A stretch of DNA of 64,000 nucleotides from the NCBI GenBank assembly GCA_965223865.1, contig OZ245020.1, positions 1,248,001 through 1,312,000 of the forward strand. The letters are read 5' to 3'. Each line of letters starts with the position of its first letter. Within the stretch, counting starts at the first letter, position 1. Under the pieces are notes generated by a model. That model was given only the letters and a program-made list of their open reading frames with translations. It was not told the origin of the DNA and ran no database searches. Positions 9,673-20,692 of this stretch are shown piece after piece. The DNA is from Nitrosarchaeum sp. (GTDB lineage Archaea; Thermoproteota; Nitrososphaeria; Nitrososphaerales; Nitrosopumilaceae). The position numbers and the translations under genes were made by a program.

Positions 9673-10317
9673 ATGGGAAAAATGTATTATTTGTCAATTC
9701 CAATTACTGTTGGAATCTTAGCTGGTGCTTTTTTAGCCTTTTATCCTGAATCTGAGGATGATTCTAAATTACTAACACAATCAAAATTAATTGAAGGAGG
9801 ATCTCCAATACTTGGTGATCCTTCTGCCTCTATTACTGTTTTAGAATGGGGAGATTATCAATGCACATTTTGTTACAAATTCCATGACACAACTCTAAAA
9901 ATAATAGAGGAAGATTACATTAAAACAGGAAAAGTGAAATTGATTTTCAAAGACTTTCCTTTGAATGGTCCTGACTCTGTTTTAGCGTCTGAGGCTTCCT
10001 ATTGTGCACATGATCAAGGAAAATATTGGAAATACCACGATGAACTTTACAAAAACTGGGCAGGAGAGAGAACCGGCTGGATTACCCGAGATTCACTTAA
10101 TTCTTTTGCAACCACTGTAGGTTTGGATTTGAAAACATTCAACAAATGTATTGATGACCATATTTATCAAGATAAAGTAAATCAATTATATGATTTTGGG
10201 CGGGAAGTGGGAATTGATGCCACCCCTTCTTTTTTGATATTTAATGATGAAAAAATAATCAAAGTTCGAGGAAATCAACCTTTGGAAGTATTTCTAAAAA
10301 CTTTTGATGAATTTTAG
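9673..10317 (+). CDS. DsbA-family thiol-disulfide oxidoreductase
   Basis: LGDPSA.ITVLEWGDYQCTFC, GIDATPSF cis-Pro loop. Confidence 0.9.
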   Translation: MGKMYYLSIPITVGILAGAFLAFYPESEDDSKLLTQSKLIEGGSPILGDPSASITVLEWGDYQCTFCYKFHDTTLKIIEEDYIKTGKVKLIFKDFPLNGPDSVLASEASYCAHDQGKYWKYHDELYKNWAGERTGWITRDSLNSFATTVGLDLKTFNKCIDDHIYQDKVNQLYDFGREVGIDATPSFLIFNDEKIIKVRGNQPLEVFLKTFDEF

Positions 10318-10381
10318 CTTTCAGGTATTTTCAAAATGGTCCAACCAAACTTAATATTCACAATGTCAGGAGAAATTGCAA

Positions 10382-11662
10382 ATGAGTAAGATAAACATAG
10401 AAAAACAAGATTCTGTTAAACTTTACAAAATTAGAAAAATTCTTGATGAACTGTCTCAAAAATCAGGACGAGGAACTGAGCTAATTAGTGTATACATTCC
10501 AAAGGGAAAACAACTTCATGAAATTATTGGTTCACTTCAACAAGAACAAGGAACAGCTGACAACATAAAGTCTGATCTTACTAGAACTCATGTAGTTGAT
10601 TCGCTAGGTAAAGTTGTTCAGCGACTAAAGATGTACAAAAAAACTCCTGAAAGAGGTTTAGTGATGTTTTGTGGAGCACTGCCGCCAGAAGGAGGTGGTC
10701 CTCTTGGAAGTGAAGTTGTCAAGGTATGGGAAATTGATCCTCCAAAAGATTTGAATCAATATCTGTATAGATGCGATGATCACTTTCATGTAGATATTCT
10801 AAAAGATATGCTAAAAGATGACAATCTAATTGGATTTTTAGCCATTGATGCAAAAGATGCGGGATGGGGTTTGCTCCATGGTGATAAGATAGAGGTGTTA
10901 GCTCAGACGGGTTCTGGTGTGGCAGGAAAACACAGACAAGGCGGACAGTCTGCAAAGAGATTCCAAAAACTACGAGAGATGGAGCTATCATACTATTACA
11001 ACAGAGTCGCTGAAACCACAAGAGAATATTTTATCGACATTTATCCTATCAAAGGATTGGTAATTTCAGGTCCAGGTCCAACTAAAGAGGATTTTATGAA
11101 CGGTGGATATCTTGAATATCGTTTACAAAACATGATAATTGCTACAATTGATTCTTCCTATTCAGGAGCAGAGGGAATTAGAGAAGCTTTTTCAAAATCT
11201 TCCGACATTTTATCTGATTTTAGGATGGTAGAAGAAAAGAAACTTGTCGAGGATTTGTTTAGAGAAATTAACGCTCATTCTGGACTTGGAACATATGGTC
11301 TAAAAGATGTAATCGAACTTCTCAAAAATAATGTGGTCAAAACATTGATCATCACTGATGATACAAACATGAATAGAGTTGAAGGCAAATGTAAAAGATG
11401 CCAAAACATTCAAGAAGAAATTGTTGAACGACCTCAAGTTATTCCAACAAAGACAAAATATACCAATAACCCATGTCCTGGCTGCAATTCCATGGAAGTA
11501 GAGGCAAACGAGCAAGATATTGTCGATTATTTAGAATTGCTTGCATCAAAAACCGGAACTCAATTAGAAGTAATTTCAGGTAGAGCAGAGCATGGGTCTA
11601 TGCTGGCAAGTCTTGGCAAGGTTGGTGCAATTCTCCGCTACAATCCAGGACACACTAAATGA
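10382..11662 (+). CDS. prf1: Archaeal peptide chain release factor aRF1
   Basis: NIKS, YRCDD and GGQSAKRF motifs. Confidence 0.97.
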   Translation: MSKINIEKQDSVKLYKIRKILDELSQKSGRGTELISVYIPKGKQLHEIIGSLQQEQGTADNIKSDLTRTHVVDSLGKVVQRLKMYKKTPERGLVMFCGALPPEGGGPLGSEVVKVWEIDPPKDLNQYLYRCDDHFHVDILKDMLKDDNLIGFLAIDAKDAGWGLLHGDKIEVLAQTGSGVAGKHRQGGQSAKRFQKLREMELSYYYNRVAETTREYFIDIYPIKGLVISGPGPTKEDFMNGGYLEYRLQNMIIATIDSSYSGAEGIREAFSKSSDILSDFRMVEEKKLVEDLFREINAHSGLGTYGLKDVIELLKNNVVKTLIITDDTNMNRVEGKCKRCQNIQEEIVERPQVIPTKTKYTNNPCPGCNSMEVEANEQDIVDYLELLASKTGTQLEVISGRAEHGSMLASLGKVGAILRYNPGHTK

Positions 11663-12059
11663 CATCTTTGATTTTTTTTGCAAGACTAGATAATTCATCA
11701 TCATTTGAAATTCCACGTTTTGTCCAGATAGTGCCTCTATGATTGTATCTTGGAATAATATGCACATGAACATGAGGAATTATCTGCTTTGCAGCTCTTC
11801 CGTTATTTTGTCCTAAACTAAAGGCATCAGCTCCTGTTGCTTTTAGAATGGCATTAGCTATTTTTGGAACAATAGTAAAAAGTGCCCCTACAGAATTAGG
11901 ATCCATGTCTGTAATTCTTTCATGATGTTCTTTTGGGATTACCAAGCTGTGGCCCACATCAATCGGGTACTTGTCTAATAGGGCAACATGATGTTCATCT
12001 TCGTAAAGTAAATGACTATTTCTTTTTCCTGATAAAATATCACAAAAGATACAACTCAT
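11655..12059 (-). CDS. HIT-family nucleotide hydrolase
   Basis: CIFC N-terminus, HVHVHII triad. Confidence 0.92.
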   Translation of the reverse strand: MSCIFCDILSGKRNSHLLYEDEHHVALLDKYPIDVGHSLVIPKEHHERITDMDPNSVGALFTIVPKIANAILKATGADAFSLGQNNGRAAKQIIPHVHVHIIPRYNHRGTIWTKRGISNDDELSSLAKKIKDVI

Positions 12060-12138
12060 TACCAATCCACAAATTTTGATTTTATTTATTGTTTCATCGA
12101 ACAGTTAATTAGGGTAATTTTAGGAATTTGTTTATCCT

Positions 12139-12735
12139 ATGGGACGAAAAGAGAGACGAGAACGTGAACTAAAACGAGACAATTATGCTTCCAAGCATTC
12201 TGCTCAAAAAAGAAAACAGACACTTATCGCTGTTGGAGTTTTAGGCGTAATTGCAGCCATTGTAGGCTATGCTGGTTACATGTTTGCGACTATGGATCAA
12301 AATGTCCCAGGAAGCCCAGAAGGAGCTGGTGCTCTAGGAAGTGAGCATTCTCATGCATCTATTTTGGTTAAAATATTTGGTGATACGTTTGACTTTTCAG
12401 CACCAGCATATCAAATCAAATCTAGCTGGATTCACTTTGAAGGAAGAGATGGCAGTACCATTCACAAGCATGCCACTGGTGTAAATCTTGGATTTTTGTT
12501 TGAATCATTGGGTTTGGGTCTAGATGATCAATGCTTTGTTTTCCAGGATGGTAGAAGCTTTTGTACGAACGAAGATTATTCTCTAAAGCTCTACATTAAT
12601 GGAGAAAAAGTCAACGACATTAGAGACTATGAAATAGAAGAAGATGATAGAATTTTAATTTCATATGGTGGAGAAACTTCCGAAGAAATTGAAGGTCAGC
12701 TCTTAGAATTGCAAAACCAAGAAATCATCAAATAA
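12139..12735 (+). CDS. Membrane-anchored hypothetical protein with HxH motifs
   Basis: Basic N-terminus, TM helix, EHSHA / IHFE / IHKH motifs. Confidence 0.75.
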   Translation: MGRKERRERELKRDNYASKHSAQKRKQTLIAVGVLGVIAAIVGYAGYMFATMDQNVPGSPEGAGALGSEHSHASILVKIFGDTFDFSAPAYQIKSSWIHFEGRDGSTIHKHATGVNLGFLFESLGLGLDDQCFVFQDGRSFCTNEDYSLKLYINGEKVNDIRDYEIEEDDRILISYGGETSEEIEGQLLELQNQEIIK

Positions 12736-12741
12736 TAAATT

Positions 12742-12936
12742 TTATGATTCTTTTGCTGTAAATTTAGCTGATTTATCAAAGAACATGTAATACCCACACT
12801 GAGTGCATTGAAGTACTGTTAAAGGAGTTGTTAGAAATTCTTTATCTTCAAACCTGCCACTCAGCTTGACATTTTCACCTGCAATCTCTGCTTTATTTCC
12901 CTGACATATGGGACAACTAAGAGCTCTTTGTTCCAT
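12742..12936 (-). CDS. Small zinc-ribbon protein
   Basis: CPIC...CTQCGY. Confidence 0.7.
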   Translation of the reverse strand: MEQRALSCPICQGNKAEIAGENVKLSGRFEDKEFLTTPLTVLQCTQCGYYMFFDKSAKFTAKES

Positions 12937-13039
12937 GATTAAATAAAAAATTATTTGAATTTAAACACTTTATGATTGTACAAAATAAAATGAGAAATTC
13001 AACAAAGTCTAAATTATAGCAATTTTGAATTTACTCATA

Positions 13040-14713
13040 ATGGAAATTTCTAGTAGGAATGTTGTTGAAGGTACTGCTCGTGCCCCACACAGAGCAATGT
13101 ACAAAGCTATGGGATTAACAGATAATGATTTAGACAAACCATTCATTGGAGTTTGCCATACAGGAAATGAAGCTACTCCCTGCAACATTCATCTTCCAAG
13201 ATTGGCTCTAAAGGCAAAAGAAGGAGTAATTGATGGTGGTGCCACTCCAAGAGAATTTTCAACTATTGCTGTAAGTGATGGAATTGCAATGGGTCATGAA
13301 GGAATGAAATCTTCTTTAATATCTCGTGAAGTAATTGCAGACTCTATTGAACTAATGGTGCGTGCTCATCAATATGATGCACTTGTTGGAATTGCAGGCT
13401 GTGACAAAAGTTTACCTGGTACAATGATGGCTATGGCACGATTAAACTTACCATCCGTTTTTGTATATGGTGGAACAATAATGCCTGGAATACTTGATGG
13501 TAAGGAATTGACAGTAGTTGATGTCTATGAAGCCGTTGGAGCATATGATGCGGGTCAACTATCCTTAGAATCTCTTAAGAACATTGAAAACACAGCCTGT
13601 CCAAATGCTGGTTCTTGTGGCGGAATGTTTACTGCAAATACAATGGCATCAATTTCAGAGGCTATAGGACTTGCCTTACCTGGTAGTGCCAGTCCTCCAG
13701 CAGAGGATGACCGAAGAGAAAAGATTGTTTATGATACGGGAGTGGCGTGTGCAAAACTATTAGAACAAAACATTAAACCTAGAGAAATTTTGACATTTGA
13801 GGCATTTGAAAATGCCATCACCATGTTAAATGCAGTTGGTGGTTCTACAAATGGAATTTTACACCTATTAGCATTATCAAATGAAGTAGGTATCAAATTA
13901 ACCTATGATGATTTTGAGAGAGTTAGGAAAAAGACCCCCCATTTGGCTGATATGAAACCTGGCGGAAGTTATGTTATGAACTCACTTGACAAAATTGGAG
14001 GAATTCCATTTGTTCTGAAAAAACTTGCACAAAAGGGATTGATTCATAATGATTGCATTACAGTTACTGGGAACACAATAAAAGAAAATCTTGATTCTAT
14101 TAACATTCCAGAACCAGAACAACAAATTGTAAAATCTGTTGATAATCCAATACACTCAGTAGGTACTGCAGTAATTTTGAAAGGGAGTCTTGCACCTGAT
14201 GGAGCCGTAATCAAAACTGCAGGTGTAGAGATGACAAAGTTCACAGGCAAAGCTCGTGTCTTTGATAGAGAAGAATATGCATTTGATGCAGTATCCAAAG
14301 GAGAAATTGATGAGGGTCATGTTGTAGTAATCAGATATGAGGGACCAAAAGGAGGTCCAGGAATGAGAGAGATGCTTGCAACTACTGCAGCACTTGTAGG
14401 GCAAGGCTTGGGCAAAAAAGTAGCAATGGTTACAGATGGAAGATTCTCAGGTGGAACTCGTGGATTTATGGTCGGACATGTTGCACCTGAAGCATATGTA
14501 GGTGGACCAATAGCACTAGTAAAAGACGATGATGAAATCACTATAGATACTGAAACCAATCTTATTGATCTTCATGTTTCTTCTGAAGAGTTAGAAAATA
14601 GAAAAAAACAGTGGACTCCTCCAAAACCAAACTATACTACGGGGGCTTTAGCAAAGTTTGCAACACTGGTAGGATCTGCTGCAGAAGGTGCAATAACTAG
14701 ACCTAATCTATAA
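13040..14713 (+). CDS. ilvD: Dihydroxy-acid dehydratase
   Basis: [45 protein letters not shown]. Confidence 0.97.
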   Translation: MEISSRNVVEGTARAPHRAMYKAMGLTDNDLDKPFIGVCHTGNEATPCNIHLPRLALKAKEGVIDGGATPREFSTIAVSDGIAMGHEGMKSSLISREVIADSIELMVRAHQYDALVGIAGCDKSLPGTMMAMARLNLPSVFVYGGTIMPGILDGKELTVVDVYEAVGAYDAGQLSLESLKNIENTACPNAGSCGGMFTANTMASISEAIGLALPGSASPPAEDDRREKIVYDTGVACAKLLEQNIKPREILTFEAFENAITMLNAVGGSTNGILHLLALSNEVGIKLTYDDFERVRKKTPHLADMKPGGSYVMNSLDKIGGIPFVLKKLAQKGLIHNDCITVTGNTIKENLDSINIPEPEQQIVKSVDNPIHSVGTAVILKGSLAPDGAVIKTAGVEMTKFTGKARVFDREEYAFDAVSKGEIDEGHVVVIRYEGPKGGPGMREMLATTAALVGQGLGKKVAMVTDGRFSGGTRGFMVGHVAPEAYVGGPIALVKDDDEITIDTETNLIDLHVSSEELENRKKQWTPPKPNYTTGALAKFATLVGSAAEGAITRPNL

Positions 14714-15265
14714 TGATTTGAATAATTTTTCCCAATCTATTTTTTCTTGTTCTTCAACATAGATTTTTAACAATGTTTTCCAAGCTTTTTGAAAATCTTT
14801 TGCAAACCTGTTAAAATCTATAGTATTTGACAAAGGTATGTTATTTTTTGGATTATAATTTACTTCATTTAGTGATATGCAATGTACCGCATCATTTCTT
14901 ACTTCAAATAGACGTGACATGTCTCTTGTAAACTCGGGTCCAAAAACCTTCCAATCAAGAAATGTTCGAATTTTTCGATTAATTGGGACAAGATTTAACA
15001 AATAAAGCAATTCCTTACTATTGCTGCTATTAGAGTACTGTACAATTCTTAATCGAATTATTTCATCAAACAAAAAAGCCATTTTTGAAAATGCTGATAA
15101 AACACTATCTCTATTTCTTGCAATAGATATTTTGGAGTTAAACCCTCTTTTTAAAACTCCTTCATTAATAAAATAATGAGTATTCTTATCTATTAGATAC
15201 AATCGAATTTCTGAAGGTAATTTTTTCTTACCTTTGATATTTGCTAAAAACTTTGAGGCATTCAC
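14708..15265 (-). CDS. Hypothetical protein (RxxxxH, possibly HEPN-like)
   Basis: Helical ORF containing EVRNDAVH. Confidence 0.6.
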   Translation of the reverse strand: MNASKFLANIKGKKKLPSEIRLYLIDKNTHYFINEGVLKRGFNSKISIARNRDSVLSAFSKMAFLFDEIIRLRIVQYSNSSNSKELLYLLNLVPINRKIRTFLDWKVFGPEFTRDMSRLFEVRNDAVHCISLNEVNYNPKNNIPLSNTIDFNRFAKDFQKAWKTLLKIYVEEQEKIDWEKLFKSL

Positions 15266-15403
15266 ATACCAACAAAGAAACCATGATCAATTAAGGATTT
15301 GGAAGATTTTCAGAAAAAATTTCTCTGTTATTCTCCTTTAGTTCCACAATAAAAACCACTGAAACAATAGAAAAAAATCATGAATTACATTAAAAAAACA
15401 AAT

Positions 15404-17077
15404 CTATTGGTCTTCTAGTCCTAAAATATCATAGTATGCTCTTGGTATCATTCTCTGAGCCTTGAAAAAGACGTTATTTACGGCAGTATCTAGAACATAA
15501 GTTCTTGCCCAGTCTGTCTCACTTCTAATGGAACGTCCAAAACCTTGTAGAAGTTTTATCAGAGTTTGCGATGTATACCATAATGGAAATTTGTCCATTT
15601 TAGCCTTGGTTCTTTTTTCCTTATAGTTTGGATATGGAACTTTGGCAATTATCTGGAATCTTGATAAATCATCTTTGAGATCCACTCCCTCCCACAATGA
15701 AGAAGAAAGTAAAACTCCTCTCTGATCTGATACATGCTCAGAAATTATCTCGTCTTGAGTTTTTCCATCTTTGTTTTTACTGTGGCAAATTCTTACACGT
15801 CTAGCATTTTTTGGTGAAAGATGTCTTAGTATTTTTTGACAACGTGGAACAGAGGATGTCAATATTAGTCCTCGTTCATTTGAATGCTCATCAAGAATTC
15901 TATCAATTGTTTTGATTACTTCAAGTTCATCTTCTTCGGTGGAACCATAACTTAGACGTCGAATATTTAGAAGTTCGATTCTTCTGTTTTCAATTGGGAA
16001 TGGGGATTTTGGGGTGTCCACAAATGCAATTTGCTCTTTATCTAGACCCATATTTTCACAGAAACTATGTTTGTCAATTGTTGCAGACATGAAGATTTGG
16101 TATTCAGTGTCAAAAAAAGAATTTGCGAATTTTGAAACATCTACGGGTTTTATAGAGATAGTTCTAAAATTTCCATTAAAATCTTGTATGGGATCATTTA
16201 CAACAAAGTTTTCTTTATCACTTAGAATGTCGATTTTAGCTTGAGCTGTTCTATCATATCTTCGCTCAAGCCGTGTAATTAATTCATAATCAGGATTGTT
16301 TTGATAAGAATCACTTTCTTTTAGTTCTTTGATTTTTTTTGCATAAGAATATGCAATGTCATCAGTCAATTGAATCATAGAATCTAAATCTGAAAAATCA
16401 TATCTTTTAGAATCCAGATTGCATTCTTCAATTTGACCACTAAAAATATCAAAACCAATAAACTGCATTATTTGGTCTTCAATTTTATGAGCCTCATCAA
16501 ATATTGAGACTTTTCTGTCCAAATAATCTTCAAAGAGTTTTTTATTAAATTTCATAATTTGAAAGTAAGCGTGATAATTCCACAAAGAGTGTTTTGATAC
16601 TAATGCATCATATTTCTGCTGATAATACTGACAAGTCTCTACGTCTTCAGTATGTTCTTCAACTTGTTTTATTGATGGCTTGAACTTACAAACCTCGACT
16701 ATTTCTTTTCCATCTTTGACTACTTTTTCTTGGCATTGTCCTTTATCACAGGTTAACCCCCATCTCATAGCTCTTCTAGTGTTTTCAACTTTTTCTGATT
16801 GCATTAATTTCAAACATGGAAAATTTTGCTTTCCTTTTACTGGTTTGAGAAATGGTATGTCTTTGATGTATTGATCCTGTAGATGCTTAGATGCAGTTAC
16901 TGTAAATGAACTATCAAAAAATCTTGAAACTGTTGCTCCTACTAGTGATTTTCCTACACCTGTAGGTGCACAGAGAATTATTTTTTTATATCCAGAGTCT
17001 AGTTTTTCTTCAATTTCAGAGATTATTTCTTTTTGGATTTCTCTTGGTAAAAATTGATCAGGAAATTTTTCTAACAA
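15404..17077 (-). CDS. DinG/Rad3-like SF2 helicase
   Basis: APTGVGKS, DEAH, MSAT, LWEGVD, QGFGRSIR; Cys residues in the Fe-S region. Confidence 0.9.
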   Translation of the reverse strand: MLEKFPDQFLPREIQKEIISEIEEKLDSGYKKIILCAPTGVGKSLVGATVSRFFDSSFTVTASKHLQDQYIKDIPFLKPVKGKQNFPCLKLMQSEKVENTRRAMRWGLTCDKGQCQEKVVKDGKEIVEVCKFKPSIKQVEEHTEDVETCQYYQQKYDALVSKHSLWNYHAYFQIMKFNKKLFEDYLDRKVSIFDEAHKIEDQIMQFIGFDIFSGQIEECNLDSKRYDFSDLDSMIQLTDDIAYSYAKKIKELKESDSYQNNPDYELITRLERRYDRTAQAKIDILSDKENFVVNDPIQDFNGNFRTISIKPVDVSKFANSFFDTEYQIFMSATIDKHSFCENMGLDKEQIAFVDTPKSPFPIENRRIELLNIRRLSYGSTEEDELEVIKTIDRILDEHSNERGLILTSSVPRCQKILRHLSPKNARRVRICHSKNKDGKTQDEIISEHVSDQRGVLLSSSLWEGVDLKDDLSRFQIIAKVPYPNYKEKRTKAKMDKFPLWYTSQTLIKLLQGFGRSIRSETDWARTYVLDTAVNNVFFKAQRMIPRAYYDILGLEDQ

Positions 17078-17182
17078 AGACAGGTTTGTTCCTCTTTTTT
17101 ATCAATATTAAAAGCATGAAGATTCTTGTAATATCTAATAATTTGTAATCTAGTTTAATATCTAGTAGATCTAAGATAGATC

Positions 17183-17500
17183 ATGGAATTATTAGACGAT
17201 AAAATGAGAGTATGGCTTCAGAGTGCAAAGTTTGTAAAACCAAATTCGGCAGTATATGTTTTGTATAATAGAAATAACGAAGTGATCTACATTGGTGAGA
17301 GTAGTAACTTAGAACAGACATTTACAAAATATGTTGATGAAAATTTTGATGAAAATGAATGCATGCAAAAAACCCAGTCATACCAAAGAGAATTTACCGA
17401 AAACCCAAAAGAAAGACAATTACAACTAATTGAAGAATTTAAGAGTCAAATGGGAAAACTTCCTTCCTGCAATTCTGAAATTGAATTAGAGACGCATTAG
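17183..17500 (+). CDS. Small GIY-YIG-like domain protein
   Basis: AVYVLY...IYIGESSNL, C-terminal GKLPSCN. Confidence 0.65.
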   Translation: MELLDDKMRVWLQSAKFVKPNSAVYVLYNRNNEVIYIGESSNLEQTFTKYVDENFDENECMQKTQSYQREFTENPKERQLQLIEEFKSQMGKLPSCNSEIELETH

Positions 17501-17571
17501 GTGCCTATTTATAAAAAGATGAGTGCATTGTATTCCTACTAGATTAATATAAAAAATCTCACATTATTACC

Positions 17572-17814
17572 ATGTCAAATGCAATGGTTTATGCCGGAAT
17601 TGCAATAGGTGTGGCTGCAATTGCAGCTGCAGTTGTTTACGGCACAGACAACCAACAAAACTACATCCGTGAGGATGCCGTGTTATCTTCTGCAGCAGAG
17701 GAGGGATCCTTTACCCCTGAATCAGGAATGGGTCCAGTTATGAATAAAGAGCAATGGCACGAAGATCCATTTGGAGATATAGCTGATAAAGTAAGAGCAA
17801 ATGCTGGGCAATAG
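17572..17814 (+). CDS. Small membrane-anchored hypothetical protein
   Basis: N-terminal TM helix; TATA-like ttaatat about 25 nt upstream. Confidence 0.65.
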   Translation: MSNAMVYAGIAIGVAAIAAAVVYGTDNQQNYIREDAVLSSAAEEGSFTPESGMGPVMNKEQWHEDPFGDIADKVRANAGQ

Positions 17815-17910
17815 CGTCCACCATTATCATATTTTTTATTTTTAAGGAATTTTCAAAAATACCTGCATTGTTAGGGAAACCAATTAATCTAAGATGGCCG
17901 TACTTCAGTA

Positions 17911-18039
17911 ATGCACCAGTGCTACTATTGTGAACAAATTTTTGATACAAAAGAGCAGTTGTATGACCACGTTGAAATTCATTCTGACATTGAAAGAAAT
18001 AAAGAAATCATGGACAGAAAGAAGGCAAAAAAAGAATAA
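17911..18039 (+). CDS. 42-aa C2H2 zinc-finger microprotein
   Basis: Manual translation MHQCYYCEQIFDTKEQLYDHVEIHSD... (CxxC-x3-F-x5-L-x2-H-x3-H). Confidence 0.75.
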   Translation: MHQCYYCEQIFDTKEQLYDHVEIHSDIERNKEIMDRKKAKKE

Positions 18040-18139
18040 TCTCATAAATTCCTTTTCATATTGTTACACAAGAAAATTATCGTAAAGGTTGAAAATTTCC
18101 CATTTATGAGTAGAAATAACAATTCAGATTCATAACAAT

Positions 18140-18394
18140 ATGGGATGGGTTGATACCTTACTTAAAAAATCATATGATAATACTTTAACAAAAAGCGAGG
18201 TTTTACACAGTTTATTTCACATGATTGAAATAAATGAAAATACTCTAAATCAAATTGAATCAGATAATAGAGATTTTGGACCCGAACTAGAACAATTAAA
18301 GAAAACAGAAATCAATGACTTGGAATTTCATTTAAAATATTACCGAAGCCTTGTAAATTACATCTCACTTATGCCTAAAAATAAAATTTCATGA
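18140..18394 (+). CDS. Hypothetical helical protein
   Basis: ORF only. Confidence 0.6.
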   Translation: MGWVDTLLKKSYDNTLTKSEVLHSLFHMIEINENTLNQIESDNRDFGPELEQLKKTEINDLEFHLKYYRSLVNYISLMPKNKIS

Positions 18395-18461
18395 TAAAAT
18401 ATTTGAAAACATTTCCATGTAACCGAAAAAATAATCCAACATGTGTATTTGAAAACAGAAA

Positions 18462-18998
18462 TTATTTTCGTAGTTGGTTGAATTTCTTATCATATTCTTT
18501 TTGTTTTTCTATAATTTGACCATAATTAGTTTGAAAGTCGTAATTCTGCTGGTTTTCATTTAGGTGGTTTTGCCATTTTTCAAGTTCCGTTGCAATAATT
18601 TTGGCAGAATCTTCTCGAGCAAACTGTTTTCTTTGTTCTTCATTTTGTCCTCTCGTTAAATACCATTTATTCTCAACAACATTTTCGATGTTTTTTGTTA
18701 CTTCCTCTCGCAGTAATTCAGCAAGATCAAAATGACCCTGTTGATGATTTAATAAATTTGGAGTAGCCACCTGATGTCTTACCCACGATAGATGTTTGTG
18801 AAATTCAGAGAATACATGAATATTTTCGATAGCAAATTTAATTTCACTTCCAAAACTTTCGGATTTGACAGTCCATGTGCATCTATATTTTATTACACTA
18901 GATGCATCTTCAAATACTGCAGGGTTTGGCTCTGCTTTAAAATCAGACCAAACTAAAAGATAATCTTTTGACCAAGGAAGAATATTTTGTTCATTCAT
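18462..18998 (-). CDS. DUF922-like putative Zn-peptidase family protein
   Basis: L.WSDF.., SWV, LLNHQQGHFDLAE, YD..TNYG..Q motifs. Confidence 0.7.
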   Translation of the reverse strand: MNEQNILPWSKDYLLVWSDFKAEPNPAVFEDASSVIKYRCTWTVKSESFGSEIKFAIENIHVFSEFHKHLSWVRHQVATPNLLNHQQGHFDLAELLREEVTKNIENVVENKWYLTRGQNEEQRKQFAREDSAKIIATELEKWQNHLNENQQNYDFQTNYGQIIEKQKEYDKKFNQLRK

Positions 18999-19307
18999 AT
19001 TATTTCTAAAAAATTTAAGAATAAAATTATTGGGGTCTTAAATTAAACCTAAATTTGAGCAATCTAAATTTATTAAAAAAATTTGCATGCATGAATTTTT
19101 GATTTTGGAATATCTTGACTTGTGTTATTTTGTTGAATTTTGTGTATGGGTGGGTTCATACATTACAAACCCTTGTCCACACATACACACATTTACCACG
19201 GCATTTGTCCTGTTTAATGATTATGGATATACTTTAGCAGCAAAAATAATTCTGCAAGAATTGTTTAAACAAAAGGATAAAAAATTCTACCAATAAATTT
19301 GCAAAAA

Positions 19308-19508
19308 CTATTCTCGTTTACCGTCTCTGCCACTATATTTTCCGGCAATTTGAGGCGTATCAAACCCTAGCCAAAAACCAGATGGATTTAGATTTTCATG
19401 AAATTTTTCATGTTCTACAAGTTCAGTATCTCCCCAATTGCCATCATAAAGAAATCTGCAATACTCTACCTTGCCATTTTTTCTTATGCCTTTGCAGATT
19501 ATTATCAA
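19308..19508 (-). CDS. Small hypothetical protein with C/C/H/H residues
   Basis: ORF; GFWLGFD motif. Confidence 0.55.
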   Translation of the reverse strand: MIIICKGIRKNGKVEYCRFLYDGNWGDTELVEHEKFHENLNPSGFWLGFDTPQIAGKYSGRDGKRE

Positions 19509-19786
19509 GAATGTATTGTTCCAAATGGCAGTTCAAAAATATTTTGGTGTAAATACAGTATTTGATGGGATGAATTGCAGGAATTTTAAATCCTCTTACA
19601 CATAGAACAACTCTCAAATGTTATTGGTTGCCTGAGAATTCAAGATTTGTTTATTTTACGAATTCCATATTAATTTGATAAATTCAGGCTCATAATTTAA
19701 AATGGATAAATTTTTCAAACCATTTTGATCAAATATAAAGACATGTTCAATTTTAAGAATTTTTCAAAAGTTAAACTATAAAAATA

Positions 19787-19878
19787 TTGGAAGCAAGGTT
19801 GTTTGCTGGTTTGATGTATTCCACATATCCCCCAAAGGGACTGAAGATAAAGAATACGTCAAACTTGCTTGCTTTCAA
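19787..19878 (+). ncRNA. Candidate structured small RNA (hairpin element A)
   Basis: Outer stem 19787-97/19868-78 and inner stem 19809-21/19852-64; each single deviation is a G-U pair on the + strand. Confidence 0.45.
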
Positions 19879-19918
19879 AATACATAACTCTTAATTCTGG
19901 AGAGAATTTCGTAAAAGT

Positions 19919-20305
19919 ATGAATGCAAGATTCATGACTTCTATGGGAATTGCAATTATTGGATTGGCCGTAGGATTTTATCTATTAAATGACATTCAAC
20001 AAGAAAGAGAATCTCAAATTTCTCAAAGTAGCTTAGATAAAGCCCTACAAGAATCTAATGATAGACTTTCAGTTGTAAAAGATGAATTTTACAATGGAAA
20101 ATACAATGGTGATTTGCCAAAAGAAGAAGTGATTGTAATCATTAATGAAGAGGTTGAAATTCAAAGAGATCTCTTAGAACAATACAACAGATTGCCAGAA
20201 GATAGTAAGACAGACAAAACCATTGACATGAGATTCTTTCAGTTAGGAAAGTATTCTTGGGCAGGAGAAGAATCTATGTTACTGACACTTGAAAATACTC
20301 CATAA
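19919..20305 (+). CDS. Membrane-anchored hypothetical protein
   Basis: N-terminal TM helix, helical body. Confidence 0.65.
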   Translation: MNARFMTSMGIAIIGLAVGFYLLNDIQQERESQISQSSLDKALQESNDRLSVVKDEFYNGKYNGDLPKEEVIVIINEEVEIQRDLLEQYNRLPEDSKTDKTIDMRFFQLGKYSWAGEESMLLTLENTP

Positions 20306-20416
20306 AATAATAGAATTATGATTTTTTTTATTAGTGTTTTTTGAGAAATAGAAATAAACTATAATAGATTACATTAATGTTCACTCTTACTATTTTTAAT
20401 TTTTTTTACGTTATTT

Positions 20417-20692
20417 CTAAAAATGATGAGACGATCCTCTATACTCTGATTTTTCTTTCTCAGTTAACAATCCCACATTTGAATTAAGTAGCTCTAGAAG
20501 GTCTTGAAATGCCTGGCACTGTTTATCAATTGAAAATAGTTCTTCACAATTTGGACATTGAATTACAGTATGAATTCCCCAATCACATTCAATCTCTTCT
20601 ATTAATTCAAAAATCACATCTTTATTGCATGAACTACAATGAAGTATTTTTTTTACAAATTTTTCAGGTTGCACCTCTGAATTTTGAATCAA
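20417..20692 (-). CDS. Zinc-ribbon hypothetical protein
   Basis: CSSC...CPNC. Confidence 0.65.
   Translation of the reverse strand: MIQNSEVQPEKFVKKILHCSSCNKDVIFELIEEIECDWGIHTVIQCPNCEELFSIDKQCQAFQDLLELLNSNVGLLTEKEKSEYRGSSHHF

Noticed and set aside
19087-19296. 69-aa + strand ORF
   Set aside because: No motif, atypical composition, no clear promoter spacing
19787-19890. Element A as an H/ACA or C/D guide RNA
   Set aside because: CTGA and a downstream ACA are present, but no properly placed kink-turn or box C was found
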